NCBI GenBank assembly: GCA_964507455.1
Contig: CAZDPY010000001.1
Coordinates: 280,855-344,854, forward strand
Direction of reading: 5' to 3'
Length of the DNA: 64,000 nt
Source: an uncultured Ignavibacteriaceae bacterium
GTDB lineage: Bacteria; Zixibacteria; MSB-5A5; GN15; PGXB01
The position numbers and the translations under genes are program-made. Positions 1-9,555 of the stretch are shown piece after piece (the stretch's first letter is position 1; the number at the start of each line of letters is the position of its first letter). The notes below the pieces were generated by a model, which did no database searches, had not been told where the DNA came from, and was given only the letters and a program-made list of their open reading frames with translations.

Positions 1-551
1 TCCAGGCTGTCAGAGCCTGCTACAGCATATTGAAAAAGAAGGATATCCAGCATGGAAAAAAGAAGCGATGCGGCCAGTTTTGAATCTATCGATTTAAATA
101 TACCCGCTTTTATGCCTTCATCAATAACCTGTGATATCTGTTCGATAACTTTATTGAACATGCCGAAACTTTCCATGACCGCCTTACGTCGCGGTCGATT
201 CTGATATATGACCGTCCAGTAGTCGAACGCTAAGAAAAGACGGTTGGGCTGGTCGACAAAGAAATCAATTGTCGTTCCTGTAAATTCACGGATTTTATCT
301 GCAGGATTTTTATATTTTTTCATTCGGTTGTGAATATGGTCGTCAAAGTCACTGATAAAAAGATTCATACAGCCCTGGATAAGAGCCTTTTTGCTGGGGA
401 AATATTCATAAAGAGTTCCCTTGCCGACCCCGGCTGCTTCTGCGATATCAATCATCTTAAAGTCGTAAACACCGCGGTCGGCGAAAACGTTCATAGCGGC
501 TCTTAGAATCCTTTCGCTCTTTTTTTCTTTATCAACAATTTTCGGGCTCAT
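1..551 (-). CDS. TetR/AcrR-family transcriptional regulator (C-terminal end runs off window start)
   Basis: Absent from the ORF track because no stop lies in the window. My translation from the ATG at 551..549 reads MSPKIVDKEKKSERILRAAMNVFADRGVYDFKMIDIAEAAGVGKGTLYEYFPSKKALI..., a canonical TetR N-terminal HTH. Confidence 0.85.
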   Translation of the reverse strand, partial: MSPKIVDKEKKSERILRAAMNVFADRGVYDFKMIDIAEAAGVGKGTLYEYFPSKKALIQGCMNLFISDFDDHIHNRMKKYKNPADKIREFTGTTIDFFVDQPNRLFLAFDYWTVIYQNRPRRKAVMESFGMFNKVIEQISQVIDEGIKAGIFKSIDSKLAASLLFSMLDILLFQYAVAGSDSL

Positions 552-647
552 CTATACTCCATCCGGACTTTAACAATACCGACCAGTCGGTCATATTAAA
601 TAAACGATTATATTGATGTCAAGTTTCACTTTTATCTAATTTTTTTG

Positions 648-1028
648 CTATTCAGTTTCATAAAGAGCGCAGACAGAACCAGAAGGGTCGGCAATAACAG
701 CGTAGCGACTGTTTTTATCCATCTGTTTGGGTTTGGTAATTACTTTGCCACCTTCTTTTTTACAGCTTTCGAGTGATTTATCCAGGTCGTCGACCATGAT
801 ATAAATCAACCACTGCGCCGGGATATCGGCATTGACTCCACGATTATGGCAAATACCGGCCGCGGGGGTATCACCGCCTTCCGGAACCATAATGTAGTCG
901 TTATAATCACCCATACTTACCGGGGAAGATTTCCATCCGGTCACATTTTCGTAGAATTGACGTGTTTTGTCGGCATCCGGAACGGTTAGGTCAATCCAGG
1001 CAATCTGGCCTGATTTTTTATTTTGCAT
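648..1028 (-). CDS. VOC (glyoxalase/bleomycin-resistance fold) family protein
   Basis: 126 aa. The size and pattern (IAWIDLTVPD..FYENVTGW..YAVIADPSG) are typical of single-domain VOC proteins. Confidence 0.7.
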   Translation of the reverse strand: MQNKKSGQIAWIDLTVPDADKTRQFYENVTGWKSSPVSMGDYNDYIMVPEGGDTPAAGICHNRGVNADIPAQWLIYIMVDDLDKSLESCKKEGGKVITKPKQMDKNSRYAVIADPSGSVCALYETE

Positions 1029-1140
1029 TGGTTCTCCATGGTGAGATTGAATTGCTCAATATATACGTAATCGGAACAATAATAAATACAGCTCATTATT
1101 AAAACTAAATAGATATAATAATAACAATCCGGAGGCAATT

Positions 1141-1437
1141 ATGGCACTTTCTTTGGTTGAGCTTATAAAAGCGGTAAAAAGCAAACAACTTCCCGAAAAC
1201 CTTAAGCCGGAACTCAGAGCACTGGCGGTCGAAAAAGAAGGTGATTGGGATAAAGCTCACAGCATAGTTCAGGAACTTAATACATCGGAAGCGGCCTGGG
1301 TTCATGCCTATCTGCATCGAAAGGAAGGCGATATCTCAAACGCTTCATACTGGTACAGCCGGGCCGGGCGGCGCAAATCGGATCTCCCGCTGGACAAAGA
1401 ATGGGAGTCGATCGCCGCGGCACTTCTGGGCGAATAA
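1141..1437 (+). CDS. small hypothetical protein
   Basis: 98-aa ORF. GGAGG at 1131-1135 sits 5 nt before the ATG. No domain recognised. Confidence 0.55.
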   Translation: MALSLVELIKAVKSKQLPENLKPELRALAVEKEGDWDKAHSIVQELNTSEAAWVHAYLHRKEGDISNASYWYSRAGRRKSDLPLDKEWESIAAALLGE

Positions 1438-1448
1438 TTACCGGCACC

Positions 1449-1913
1449 CTACCTTTTTACTACCGGAATATAAAGATATAGCTTAGAGTTTTCGTCATTC
1501 GGATTGAAGTTATTATCATAAAATTCGAATTCGGGGCCGGGCGAACGCTCATACTCCGATTTGGTAAGCCATTCATCATATATCTTACCCATTGTATCCA
1601 TTAGAGTCGGAAGAGTACATTCGAATACGGCATAGTCTTGTTCCGGGATTTCGAATGAAATCATTTCGGGTGGAACAGGATTGTCATCGTCGACACCCAC
1701 GGCGGCGATATAATCGAATTTTTTCGTTTCCACATCAAAATTGTGGCAGATTCCATAACCGGCCAGCGGTTCCGATTTATTTTCGACCTGTTCGACTCTT
1801 TCACAGAATTTCCCCCATAGCCGGGGGATGGGATTTACTTTATTCTCGCAATTATGACTAATCTGCATTCCTATGACCTTGAACGGGGATTTTCTTTCGA
1901 TCCTAAATTCCAT
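1449..1913 (-). CDS. GyrI-like / AraC-effector-binding-domain small-molecule-binding protein
   Basis: 154 aa. The pattern FKVIGM..IPRLWGKF..GYGIC...YIAAV..FEIPEQDYAVFE..IYDEWL..EFEFY is the typical GyrI-like fold signature. Confidence 0.75.
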   Translation of the reverse strand: MEFRIERKSPFKVIGMQISHNCENKVNPIPRLWGKFCERVEQVENKSEPLAGYGICHNFDVETKKFDYIAAVGVDDDNPVPPEMISFEIPEQDYAVFECTLPTLMDTMGKIYDEWLTKSEYERSPGPEFEFYDNNFNPNDENSKLYLYIPVVKR

Positions 1914-2013
1914 GATAGTCTCCTTTATTCAATAAGATCGCAATTGCCGACAATTCAATATAGCATAAGTTAATATGAAGACAATCACATTGCGGTTACG
2001 CCCGGTCACATAT

Positions 2014-2439
2014 TTATACTTCCTTTTCGCGCCAGGCCAGTATGGAAGAAGGAAGTGTATGAGCCAGATATAATAAAGAAGCAAAAATCATTATCAGATT
2101 TATTCGCCAGGCCGGCATAACCGAAATAAGCAATAGTATGGACAGGCTTAAAATTGTGAATATGGCGTATGCATACCTGAGCGCTTCGTGACTAATCTGC
2201 ACTTGACGTTCATCGAGTTTGTCGACACCGCTGTGAACCAATTTCCAGAGTCCTGTCCCTGCATGGAGTCGCATAAAGGTATATAGTGCCGAAGCTAAAA
2301 AAGCAATTCCCGGAACAATGATATTGGCGGTCCACCCATAACTGTCTCCCATATAGAATAATAGCAGCAATAATATTACAGAGAGATAATTGCCGACAAC
2401 AAAAATTTGCCGCCCTGACCTTGAATATTTCAGGTTCAT
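2014..2439 (-). CDS. integral membrane protein (4 predicted TM), partner of upstream HTH
   Basis: 141 aa with hydrophobic segments. Its start abuts the stop of the 2440-2700 ORF (adjacent codons), the usual small-HTH plus membrane-protein pair. Confidence 0.6.
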   Translation of the reverse strand: MNLKYSRSGRQIFVVGNYLSVILLLLLFYMGDSYGWTANIIVPGIAFLASALYTFMRLHAGTGLWKLVHSGVDKLDERQVQISHEALRYAYAIFTILSLSILLLISVMPAWRINLIMIFASLLYLAHTLPSSILAWREKEV

Positions 2440-2700
2440 TTATTCCTCCAGTTTTTTTCGGTATTCCATCAATTCCTGACTGAGAGGTTTCATTGGCTGA
2501 GTGGAGAAGATTATTTCCACCGGCAATTGAAACACTTCGCTTATTCGGAAAGCAAGGTCAAGGCTGGGATTGTATTCTTCTCTTTCAAGATAACCGACAG
2601 TCTGGAAATTGACGCCTATTTTATCGGCCAGTTCTTTTCGTGAAATGCCGCGTTCCTGTCGCAATTGTGCGATTCTGTTATATATCTTTCTTGCCTTCAT
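2440..2700 (-). CDS. XRE-family helix-turn-helix transcriptional regulator
   Basis: 86 aa. IAQLRQERGISRKELADKIGVNFQTVGYLEREEYNPSLDLAFRISEVF is a Cro/C1-type HTH. Confidence 0.85.
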   Translation of the reverse strand: MKARKIYNRIAQLRQERGISRKELADKIGVNFQTVGYLEREEYNPSLDLAFRISEVFQLPVEIIFSTQPMKPLSQELMEYRKKLEE

Positions 2701-2903
2701 ATTGTGAATATAATAAAATGTTGTATATATACTACATTATAATATAAAAAGTTTCATATTTTTTTGATAAATATGCGAACTTGGCAAATTTATTTAATTT
2801 ATTCCTTTAAATGGTGTTGACGGATCGGCCGTATAATATTTCTTTATAGTTCCGATAAAGGGAAAAAGAAAATGTTCGTTTTCGAAAATGAAAGGATGAG
2901 ATT

Positions 2904-4109
2904 TTGGCGAATATTCAAAGCAAAAAAGGTGTTATAGGAATCCTGACCGGCGGCGGCGATGTACCTGGGCTTAACCCTGCAATTCGTGCGGTTACCATTC
3001 GAGCTCTTCGCGAAGGCTATAAGGTGATTGGACTCCGGCGTGGATGGGCCGGCGCTATCGATATTGTTCCTGACAAAGATGCTGATAACAGCGACAACTA
3101 TCTGGAGCTGACCGAGGAGATCGTAAATAAGGCCGGAAGGACCGGTGGAACCTTTCTCCACAGCTCGAGAACTCATCCGGGCAAAGTGAAAAAGCACGAT
3201 GTACCAGAACATCTTCAGGATAAATATACCGATGAAATAAATGACCTGACCGAAGAGGTCAAAAAGAACCTCGACTTTCTCGGAATTGAATATTTGATCC
3301 CGATTGGCGGCGATGATACGCTTAGCTATGGAGTGAGGCTCTACCAGGAAGGTATCAAGGTCGTTGCCATTCCGAAGACAATGGATAATGATGTCCCGGG
3401 GACAGATTATTGTATCGGCTTTTCTACCTGCGTTACCAGAACGATAGAGATGACCCACCTGTTGCGAACCTCGGCAGGCTCGCACGAACGGTTTCTGGTG
3501 CTCGAGGTATTTGGACGGTACGCCGGTTTCACGGCGATGCTTCCGACCATGGCCGGTGCGGCCAACCGCTGCGTTATACCCGAATACAAATATAATATCG
3601 AACTCTTGACCGAGCTTCTTACTCATGATCGGAATACCAATCCCAGCCGGTATTCGGTTGTGCTGGTTTCGGAGGGCTCGATGTTCGAAGGGGGCGAGGT
3701 GGTTTTTCAAGACCAATCAACCGATGCCTATGGCCATAAGAAATTGGGTGGAATTGGTGACCTTGTCTCGGCAAAATTAAAAGATCTTTCGCCAAAATTC
3801 AACAACGGCAAACCGATTAATATAATTAACCAGAAATTGGGATATCTGGTACGCGGTGGTGATCCGGATGCCATCGATTCTATTGTCCCGATGGCCTATG
3901 GAAATCTGGCGCTAGATCTTTTAATGTCCAATATCCACGGAAGATTGGTTGTCTTGAAAAATGGACGGTATGATAATATGCCGATCGACGTTGTTACAAG
4001 CACCAAGAAATTCGTCAACGTCAACCGTCACTACAATGCCGAAAGACTGAGACCGCAGTATCATAGTTTTGAGATGCTTCCGCTGTTTATTATGACATCG
4101 GAAAAATAA
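2904..4109 (+). CDS. pfp: 6-phosphofructokinase, predicted pyrophosphate-dependent
   Basis: 401 aa with GILTGGGDVPGLN, IGGDDTLS and IPKTMDNDV. Asp in GGDD and Lys in PKT(I/M)DND are the established PPi-versus-ATP discriminators in PFK family A. TTG start. Confidence 0.9.
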   Translation: MANIQSKKGVIGILTGGGDVPGLNPAIRAVTIRALREGYKVIGLRRGWAGAIDIVPDKDADNSDNYLELTEEIVNKAGRTGGTFLHSSRTHPGKVKKHDVPEHLQDKYTDEINDLTEEVKKNLDFLGIEYLIPIGGDDTLSYGVRLYQEGIKVVAIPKTMDNDVPGTDYCIGFSTCVTRTIEMTHLLRTSAGSHERFLVLEVFGRYAGFTAMLPTMAGAANRCVIPEYKYNIELLTELLTHDRNTNPSRYSVVLVSEGSMFEGGEVVFQDQSTDAYGHKKLGGIGDLVSAKLKDLSPKFNNGKPINIINQKLGYLVRGGDPDAIDSIVPMAYGNLALDLLMSNIHGRLVVLKNGRYDNMPIDVVTSTKKFVNVNRHYNAERLRPQYHSFEMLPLFIMTSEK

Positions 4110-4136
4110 ATCAATTATAGAATTTTCCAGTACATG

Positions 4137-4170
4137 CCGCAGGAGTGTAAACAACTCCTGCGGTTTTTTT
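4137..4170 (+). terminator. rho-independent terminator of pfp
   Basis: CCGCAGGAG-TGTAAACAA-CTCCTGCGG, a 9-bp perfect stem, followed by TTTTTTT. Confidence 0.85.
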
Positions 4171-4389
4171 ATTTTGATATAGATTTATTTGACAATATTT
4201 TCTTCGCTGTTGAGCGGTAATCATCGCTTTTTTGCCATTCATAAAGCCTGGCTTTCAATTGATGTATCGATAATACATATTGCCATCGAAAAATATAAAT
4301 GATGACAGGTTGACACAATCTATTATAATATTCAGCCTCAAATAATCTGCTTAATTGTCATTTATTATAATATTTAGTATAATTTCCAA

Positions 4390-6396
4390 ATGACTGATAA
4401 GAGCAAAACATATATCATCAATTTGCTCATTCTCCTGACATATTCAATTTTCGGTATATCTATATTGGTCACGTCCGAAGGCATGTGGGGTATCAATCAT
4501 TTAAATTTCCTTCCTGCTATATACTCTTATCTCTATGGAATCATTTTTTGTTTGATATTATATCTTATTACTTTTCGGAGACCCGAATATTTTTTGGACA
4601 ATGTTATCGAAAAAGTAAATCAATGCCTCTGGATGAATGGCAGTTTATGGCGGTTTATTATTTCCGGTATTGCTACGGTATTCTTTATAGCTTTTCCTGT
4701 CAGAGTGCATCTGCTGGGCGACGGTTATACATGGCTCGCGAATCTGGGCAGCGGTGAGTTATATATACATAAGTGGACAGAACCGGGATCGCTCTATCTG
4801 ATCAGAAAACTGCAATCAATTTTCGGAAGTTACAGCCGGGAAACGGCTCTTATGTCATTCCGTATATTATCCTATATTTCTGGATTTACATATATTTATA
4901 ATATTATTGGAATAGCCGGGAAAATTGCCGGCCAGAGTCAAACTCGACTGATAAGCTTATCGACGTTTCTTTTTTCCGGCTCTATTCTGCTTTTTTTCGG
5001 ATATGTTGAGTTTTATCCGCTTTTGTGGGCTTTGCTCGCAATTACTGTCAATTTGTCGCTAATGTACCTAGAAAAACGTCGTTATCTTTTATGGGTCTGG
5101 GTAGCTTATCTCGCATCGGTTCTGGCTCATTTACAGGCATTATACTTTTTGCCGGGGATATTATATTTGACAATTCAAAATATTAAACATATTTCGATCA
5201 AAAAGTTGTCATACGCTGTTATTCTTATAGGATCATTAGCCGCTATAATTATTTTTTCTCAACTTCAGGGTACGCGTGTCGATCTGGAGGTTCTCATGTT
5301 GCCGCTTTTCGAGGGCCGACCTCCGGCACCTGACTATGCCGTCTTCAGTCTGCCGCACCTGTTAAATATTTTAAATTTATTGATGGCAGTCCTTCCCGGT
5401 ATTTTAATCTTAATTGGTTTGTGGCTTTTGTACGGGAGGAAAAAAATCAATGATACTGTATCAGTGTATTTTCTGATCTTGTCAGCAGGATCATTAATAT
5501 TCCTGTTATTTTTTGGAGCAGGCATTACAATGGGCCGTGACTGGGACATTATGGCACTCAGCTTTTTTGCACCTGCCTTATTGATATTATATAAACTGGA
5601 TAAAGGTGAAATGAAAATATCAAATAAGGCCGTTACAGCATATATGTTGGTTATTACTTTTGCGACCATTGCATATTTAGCTGCCTGTACAGGTGTATCT
5701 TCCGCCGAAGATCGATTTTATACATTATTGAATGACCGCCATGAAAACAGCTGGGCAATATACGCCAATTACTTTCACAGAATAAATGATATTGAACGTT
5801 TTAATGAAATTATGACTGAGAAAAATCGTCGTTTTCCTGAAACTAAGTTGGTCGAACAGGCTTATAAGCAAATTGAGTCGGGAAATTATAGACGGGCAAT
5901 GAGTCTGGCCAGACGTATGGTTGAAAAAAATCCATATAATGCCGGTTATTTGCAGGTACTGGGTAATGTATTTGGCAAAATCGAGAATTATGATAGTGCG
6001 GAATACTATTATCGTCGCGGCGCAACCCTGGAACCATACAACGCGGGCCTTCTCAATGAACTGGGTCAGCTTTATATGAAACAGGGTAAATATGATAGTG
6101 CCACAGCTATTTTCAAGAAAGCCCGGACCTTTTCCGGAAAATCTTTTTTAATGGAGGGATTGGGGCTGGCTTATATTCATAAACGGGAATATGATTCCGC
6201 AGGAGCCGTTGCCGATCAACTCTTCGAAGAATATGAAAATTCTCCCGGCGGACATCTGCTTATGCTGACGATCCATCTAAATAAAGGTAATCTGGATTCG
6301 GCTGCGAAGCATTATCGGGAATATCTGGAACATGGCAGGGAAAGATCCGATTATCAAAGCCTGAAAGAACATTTCCGATATCTGAAAGACTATTGA
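4390..6396 (+). CDS. polytopic membrane protein with C-terminal TPR repeats
   Basis: 668 aa. About 450 aa of repeated hydrophobic helices are followed by TPR-like repeats (YNAGYLQVLGNVFGKIENYDSAEYYYRRG, YNAGLLNELGQLYMKQGKYDSA). The architecture resembles GT39/DUF2723-type glycosyltransferase-like proteins (inference). Confidence 0.7.
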   Translation: MTDKSKTYIINLLILLTYSIFGISILVTSEGMWGINHLNFLPAIYSYLYGIIFCLILYLITFRRPEYFLDNVIEKVNQCLWMNGSLWRFIISGIATVFFIAFPVRVHLLGDGYTWLANLGSGELYIHKWTEPGSLYLIRKLQSIFGSYSRETALMSFRILSYISGFTYIYNIIGIAGKIAGQSQTRLISLSTFLFSGSILLFFGYVEFYPLLWALLAITVNLSLMYLEKRRYLLWVWVAYLASVLAHLQALYFLPGILYLTIQNIKHISIKKLSYAVILIGSLAAIIIFSQLQGTRVDLEVLMLPLFEGRPPAPDYAVFSLPHLLNILNLLMAVLPGILILIGLWLLYGRKKINDTVSVYFLILSAGSLIFLLFFGAGITMGRDWDIMALSFFAPALLILYKLDKGEMKISNKAVTAYMLVITFATIAYLAACTGVSSAEDRFYTLLNDRHENSWAIYANYFHRINDIERFNEIMTEKNRRFPETKLVEQAYKQIESGNYRRAMSLARRMVEKNPYNAGYLQVLGNVFGKIENYDSAEYYYRRGATLEPYNAGLLNELGQLYMKQGKYDSATAIFKKARTFSGKSFLMEGLGLAYIHKREYDSAGAVADQLFEEYENSPGGHLLMLTIHLNKGNLDSAAKHYREYLEHGRERSDYQSLKEHFRYLKDY

Positions 6397-6513
6397 TATA
6401 AATAAGGCGGAGAGGAATGATTCCCCCCCGCCTTGTCCCATGCGAGTTACTGCAAAGTTATCTATCTAAAAAATGAAGATTTTGCTAATACAAATAAATC
6501 CAAATAATTGTCC

Positions 6514-8817
6514 TTAGGTATGGAAAAGATACTGTATTTTCATGAAAAACTGCCTTGAATCGAGTTTCCAGTTACGGTCGGTATTGGGATTGTTGAATAG
6601 ATAATCATAATCTCTGTTACTATAGTCGATATAATCCGAAGTCATCCCAACATAGAATATCGAAAATGAATTCAACCGCACGGTAACCAGAGGGTCAATA
6701 TCCCATTGGTGATTAAAATCATCATATTGGGCCACTAATCTTAACGACAATTCCTTCGTTGCCTGATATTGGATTCTTGTCCGGGCAATAAATCCTTCGT
6801 AGAAATTCGAGCCTGTTTCATGGTCATCCATCTTAAAATAGTTGAAGCTGGGATCAACCATAAGCCGGTCTAACGGCTTTATATGTGCCGCCAAACCAAA
6901 GGTCTGTTCATCTGCGGTAGCAGGGAGAAACCGGGCGACCGATTTGCCGAATGTATAGGCCATTGAGAAACCTATCATATTCACCGGACGAGTACCCAAT
7001 TCGATATTCCAGAGATACAAATCATCGAAATCATGACCGTTCCATCTTTCAAAGCCGCTGATATGGTAGAGATTTAGTCTCGTCTGAGCGAAATTGAAAT
7101 GGGTTTCAAGACCAATATTATGATGTGACCATTTATGAACTCCCTCAAGATTCCATCTGTTATCCAGATGAATCCAGGGGTTGAAACGTTCAACCAGCCC
7201 TTTGTTTACATATATATTGTATGTCGACCAGATAATAAAATTGCGGTTGTTAATCCACGGGTCATAACCGGTCTGGGTCATATACGATTGATCTACCTGA
7301 CTGTAACCTATATTAAAATTCCAATGCCGGGCATTTCGCATGAATCGGCTGATAAAACCGAATCCCCTGAAATACTCGCCGTTGAATGCCGCATCATGAT
7401 CCGCACCATCGACTCTGATTCCCTCAAAACCTTCGGTGAGAGCATGAGCATCGGGTTCCCGTGAGAATGTCGCAATATATTGGCCGTCGATAAAATAATT
7501 CTTTGAAAGTCGTATATTTTTATCAAGCGCAAAGACAGTATTAAATCCGCCTTCTTCAAAGCGTCTGTCGTTAAAAATAAAACCAATATGGCTCGAACCT
7601 CCGAATGATTTCGCAGCTCTGACAATATTAACATAACTCTTGCCGACATTGATTGGAGGGAGCGACCGTTCTTCGAGCGGAATTAAATAGGGTGAATTTT
7701 CATCTACTGCTGACAATACCCCAAACCTGTAACTATCGGAACGTCCAGTCAGCTTTACCGCCAGCTGTGGATCATTTATAGTTCTGCTATAGAACGAATT
7801 AAATAAGGTTCTAAATATATCCCGCCCCTCGGCAAAAAACGGTCGTCTTTCAGGGTAGAAAAGTGAAATGGTGCTGTTAACATCGATCTGCCCGGCATCG
7901 GCTTCAACCTGGCTGAAATCAGGATTGATCGTGGCTTCGAGCGTAATATCAGAGTTGAAAGAATATTTGCCGCCCAGAGATAATTCGCCGGTGATATTTT
8001 CGTTGTTGAGCGCCAGGTCGGCATCATTATAATTATTTATATATCCGGCCTGATTGGCAATTAAAGCTGGGAGAATCTCTATTCCTTTGCCCGGTTTTAC
8101 ATCCGCGATACCCTCAACCGTCCCCCACTGGCAGGGCGCGCATTGTTCATTGCGGTCATAGGCCGCCCAGGAATAGGTTCGGTAGAGATCGCGCGGGTGG
8201 TTGCGCTGGAAATTTATCTTCCATGTCTGGATTGGACGATTAGGGAAACGAATTGATGCAAAGGGTACGGCAATTTCGACCTGGTAACCGGTCTCGGTTA
8301 TTTTTGCGGCCGCGTTCCAGATCATATCGAAACCGTCGTCCTCGCCCATAATGTTCGTCCAGAGGAGATCCTTCTGGACCCCGTGAGGATTAACCAGAAG
8401 GACATAAGCCCAGGATGCATCCCCGTAAGTATCGATTGATATCGAAACAGCGTCGTCGCCATTGAACCCGTCGCGTTGACACAGAGTAGCCCGAACATTC
8501 ATCGGGTCATCATAGCACCTGAAAGCAACATAGAGATATTCATCGTCATATGTTATAAAAGCCTCGGTTTTTGCGAGCGGCTCGGTATTATCACCGGGGC
8601 TCCGTTCGACAAAATCGGTAATTTTTCTGGCGGTTTTCCAGGTTGGGTCGTCGAGTTGGCCGTCAATCCTGGCCGGGGTAATTGATTTGGTGATTTTCAG
8701 TGATGGTTTATATACCGGCTGGAATGAGGCGACAGCCTGCATCGAAAATAGCATCAGGGAGAGGACAAGAAAGGCACCCGTCAGTATGGTTTTTTGGGGT
8801 CCTATAGAGAATTTCAT
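6514..8817 (-). CDS. CBM9-like / DUF5916-type outer-membrane protein
   Basis: The ORF track gives 6514..8868. I prefer Met-18 (8817) because MKFSIGPQKTILTGAFLVLSLMLFSMQAVA is a signal peptide. ARIDGQLDDPTWKTA...YDDEYLYVAFRCYD is a CBM9-like module, and the long beta-rich C-terminus ends in an aromatic-rich tail. Confidence 0.75.
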   Translation of the reverse strand: MKFSIGPQKTILTGAFLVLSLMLFSMQAVASFQPVYKPSLKITKSITPARIDGQLDDPTWKTARKITDFVERSPGDNTEPLAKTEAFITYDDEYLYVAFRCYDDPMNVRATLCQRDGFNGDDAVSISIDTYGDASWAYVLLVNPHGVQKDLLWTNIMGEDDGFDMIWNAAAKITETGYQVEIAVPFASIRFPNRPIQTWKINFQRNHPRDLYRTYSWAAYDRNEQCAPCQWGTVEGIADVKPGKGIEILPALIANQAGYINNYNDADLALNNENITGELSLGGKYSFNSDITLEATINPDFSQVEADAGQIDVNSTISLFYPERRPFFAEGRDIFRTLFNSFYSRTINDPQLAVKLTGRSDSYRFGVLSAVDENSPYLIPLEERSLPPINVGKSYVNIVRAAKSFGGSSHIGFIFNDRRFEEGGFNTVFALDKNIRLSKNYFIDGQYIATFSREPDAHALTEGFEGIRVDGADHDAAFNGEYFRGFGFISRFMRNARHWNFNIGYSQVDQSYMTQTGYDPWINNRNFIIWSTYNIYVNKGLVERFNPWIHLDNRWNLEGVHKWSHHNIGLETHFNFAQTRLNLYHISGFERWNGHDFDDLYLWNIELGTRPVNMIGFSMAYTFGKSVARFLPATADEQTFGLAAHIKPLDRLMVDPSFNYFKMDDHETGSNFYEGFIARTRIQYQATKELSLRLVAQYDDFNHQWDIDPLVTVRLNSFSIFYVGMTSDYIDYSNRDYDYLFNNPNTDRNWKLDSRQFFMKIQYLFHT

Positions 8818-9045
8818 GGCTTTCTGCTCCTGTAAAAAACTGTTTCTGCCGTAAAAACATTCTCCCAATCCTCATGTGCCCCGACAACTTAAAGCCCATT
8901 TACACAGTCTCCCGCAGTATGGCGGTAGGATTAAATCCTTTAGTCCTCGGGTTCTATTACGGAGGTTTTAAATAAAAGTTTTAAAAATAATTGGCCGGGG
9001 GGGAAATCACGAAATTTTCCGTGGAAATATGATTACTTTAATATA

Positions 9046-9105
9046 TGCTAATATTTTAGCATAAATAACTTGACAAATGTCGATATAAATGCTAAAATAT
9101 TAGCA
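9046..9105 (+). promoter_or_regulatory. promoter with two dyad operators upstream of the BlaI-family repressor
   Basis: -35 TTGACA (9070-9075), 17-nt spacer, -10 TAAAAT (9093-9098). It is flanked and overlapped by the 16-bp palindromes TGCTAATATTTTAGCA (9046-9061) and TGCTAAAATATTAGCA (9090-9105). Confidence 0.7.
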
Positions 9106-9159
9106 GAAATAATTGGATAAAATATTCTTCGATTCGTCTTTTGAGCGGAGGAATAAAAA

Positions 9160-9555
9160 GTGACAAATAAATCGATAAACCAGCTTAGCCGCCGCGAACG
9201 GCAAATAATGGATATATTGTTTCGGGCCGGCGAGGGGTCGGTCGCATCGGTCAGAAGGCAGATGACCGACCCGCCCTCATATTCAGCGGTCAGGGCACTT
9301 CTGGGGGTTCTGGAGGATAAGGGATATTTGAAACATAAAAAATCCGGGAAAGCATATATTTATTATCCCATTGGAAACCGGAAAAAGACCGCCAGAAAAA
9401 TGTTGAAACATGTCGTGGATACTTTTTACGAAGGCTCGGTTGGCCATGCAGCGGTTGAACTAATAGGCCGGTCCGGGACCGATTTAAGCGACGCAGAAAT
9501 AGCCCGACTGGAAGAGCTGATTAAAGATAAGAAGCAAAAAGAGGGGGGCAAATGA
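9160..9555 (+). CDS. BlaI/MecI/CopY-family transcriptional repressor
   Basis: 131 aa, GTG start. LSRRERQIMDILFRAGEGSVASVRRQM...SYSAVRALLGVLEDKGYL is a penicillinase-repressor winged helix. It overlaps the M56 partner by 4 nt. Confidence 0.9.
   Translation: MTNKSINQLSRRERQIMDILFRAGEGSVASVRRQMTDPPSYSAVRALLGVLEDKGYLKHKKSGKAYIYYPIGNRKKTARKMLKHVVDTFYEGSVGHAAVELIGRSGTDLSDAEIARLEELIKDKKQKEGGK

Noticed and set aside
2844-3716. A 290-aa ORF antisense to the phosphofructokinase gene. Similar long antisense or shadow ORFs occur at 10316-10849, 28288-28764, 40351-40854, 55359-55841 and 19372-19812.
   Set aside because: Each is fully embedded opposite a gene with strong motif support. Their compositions are low-complexity or unprotein-like (rich in R, S, P and C). 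They are shadow ORFs.
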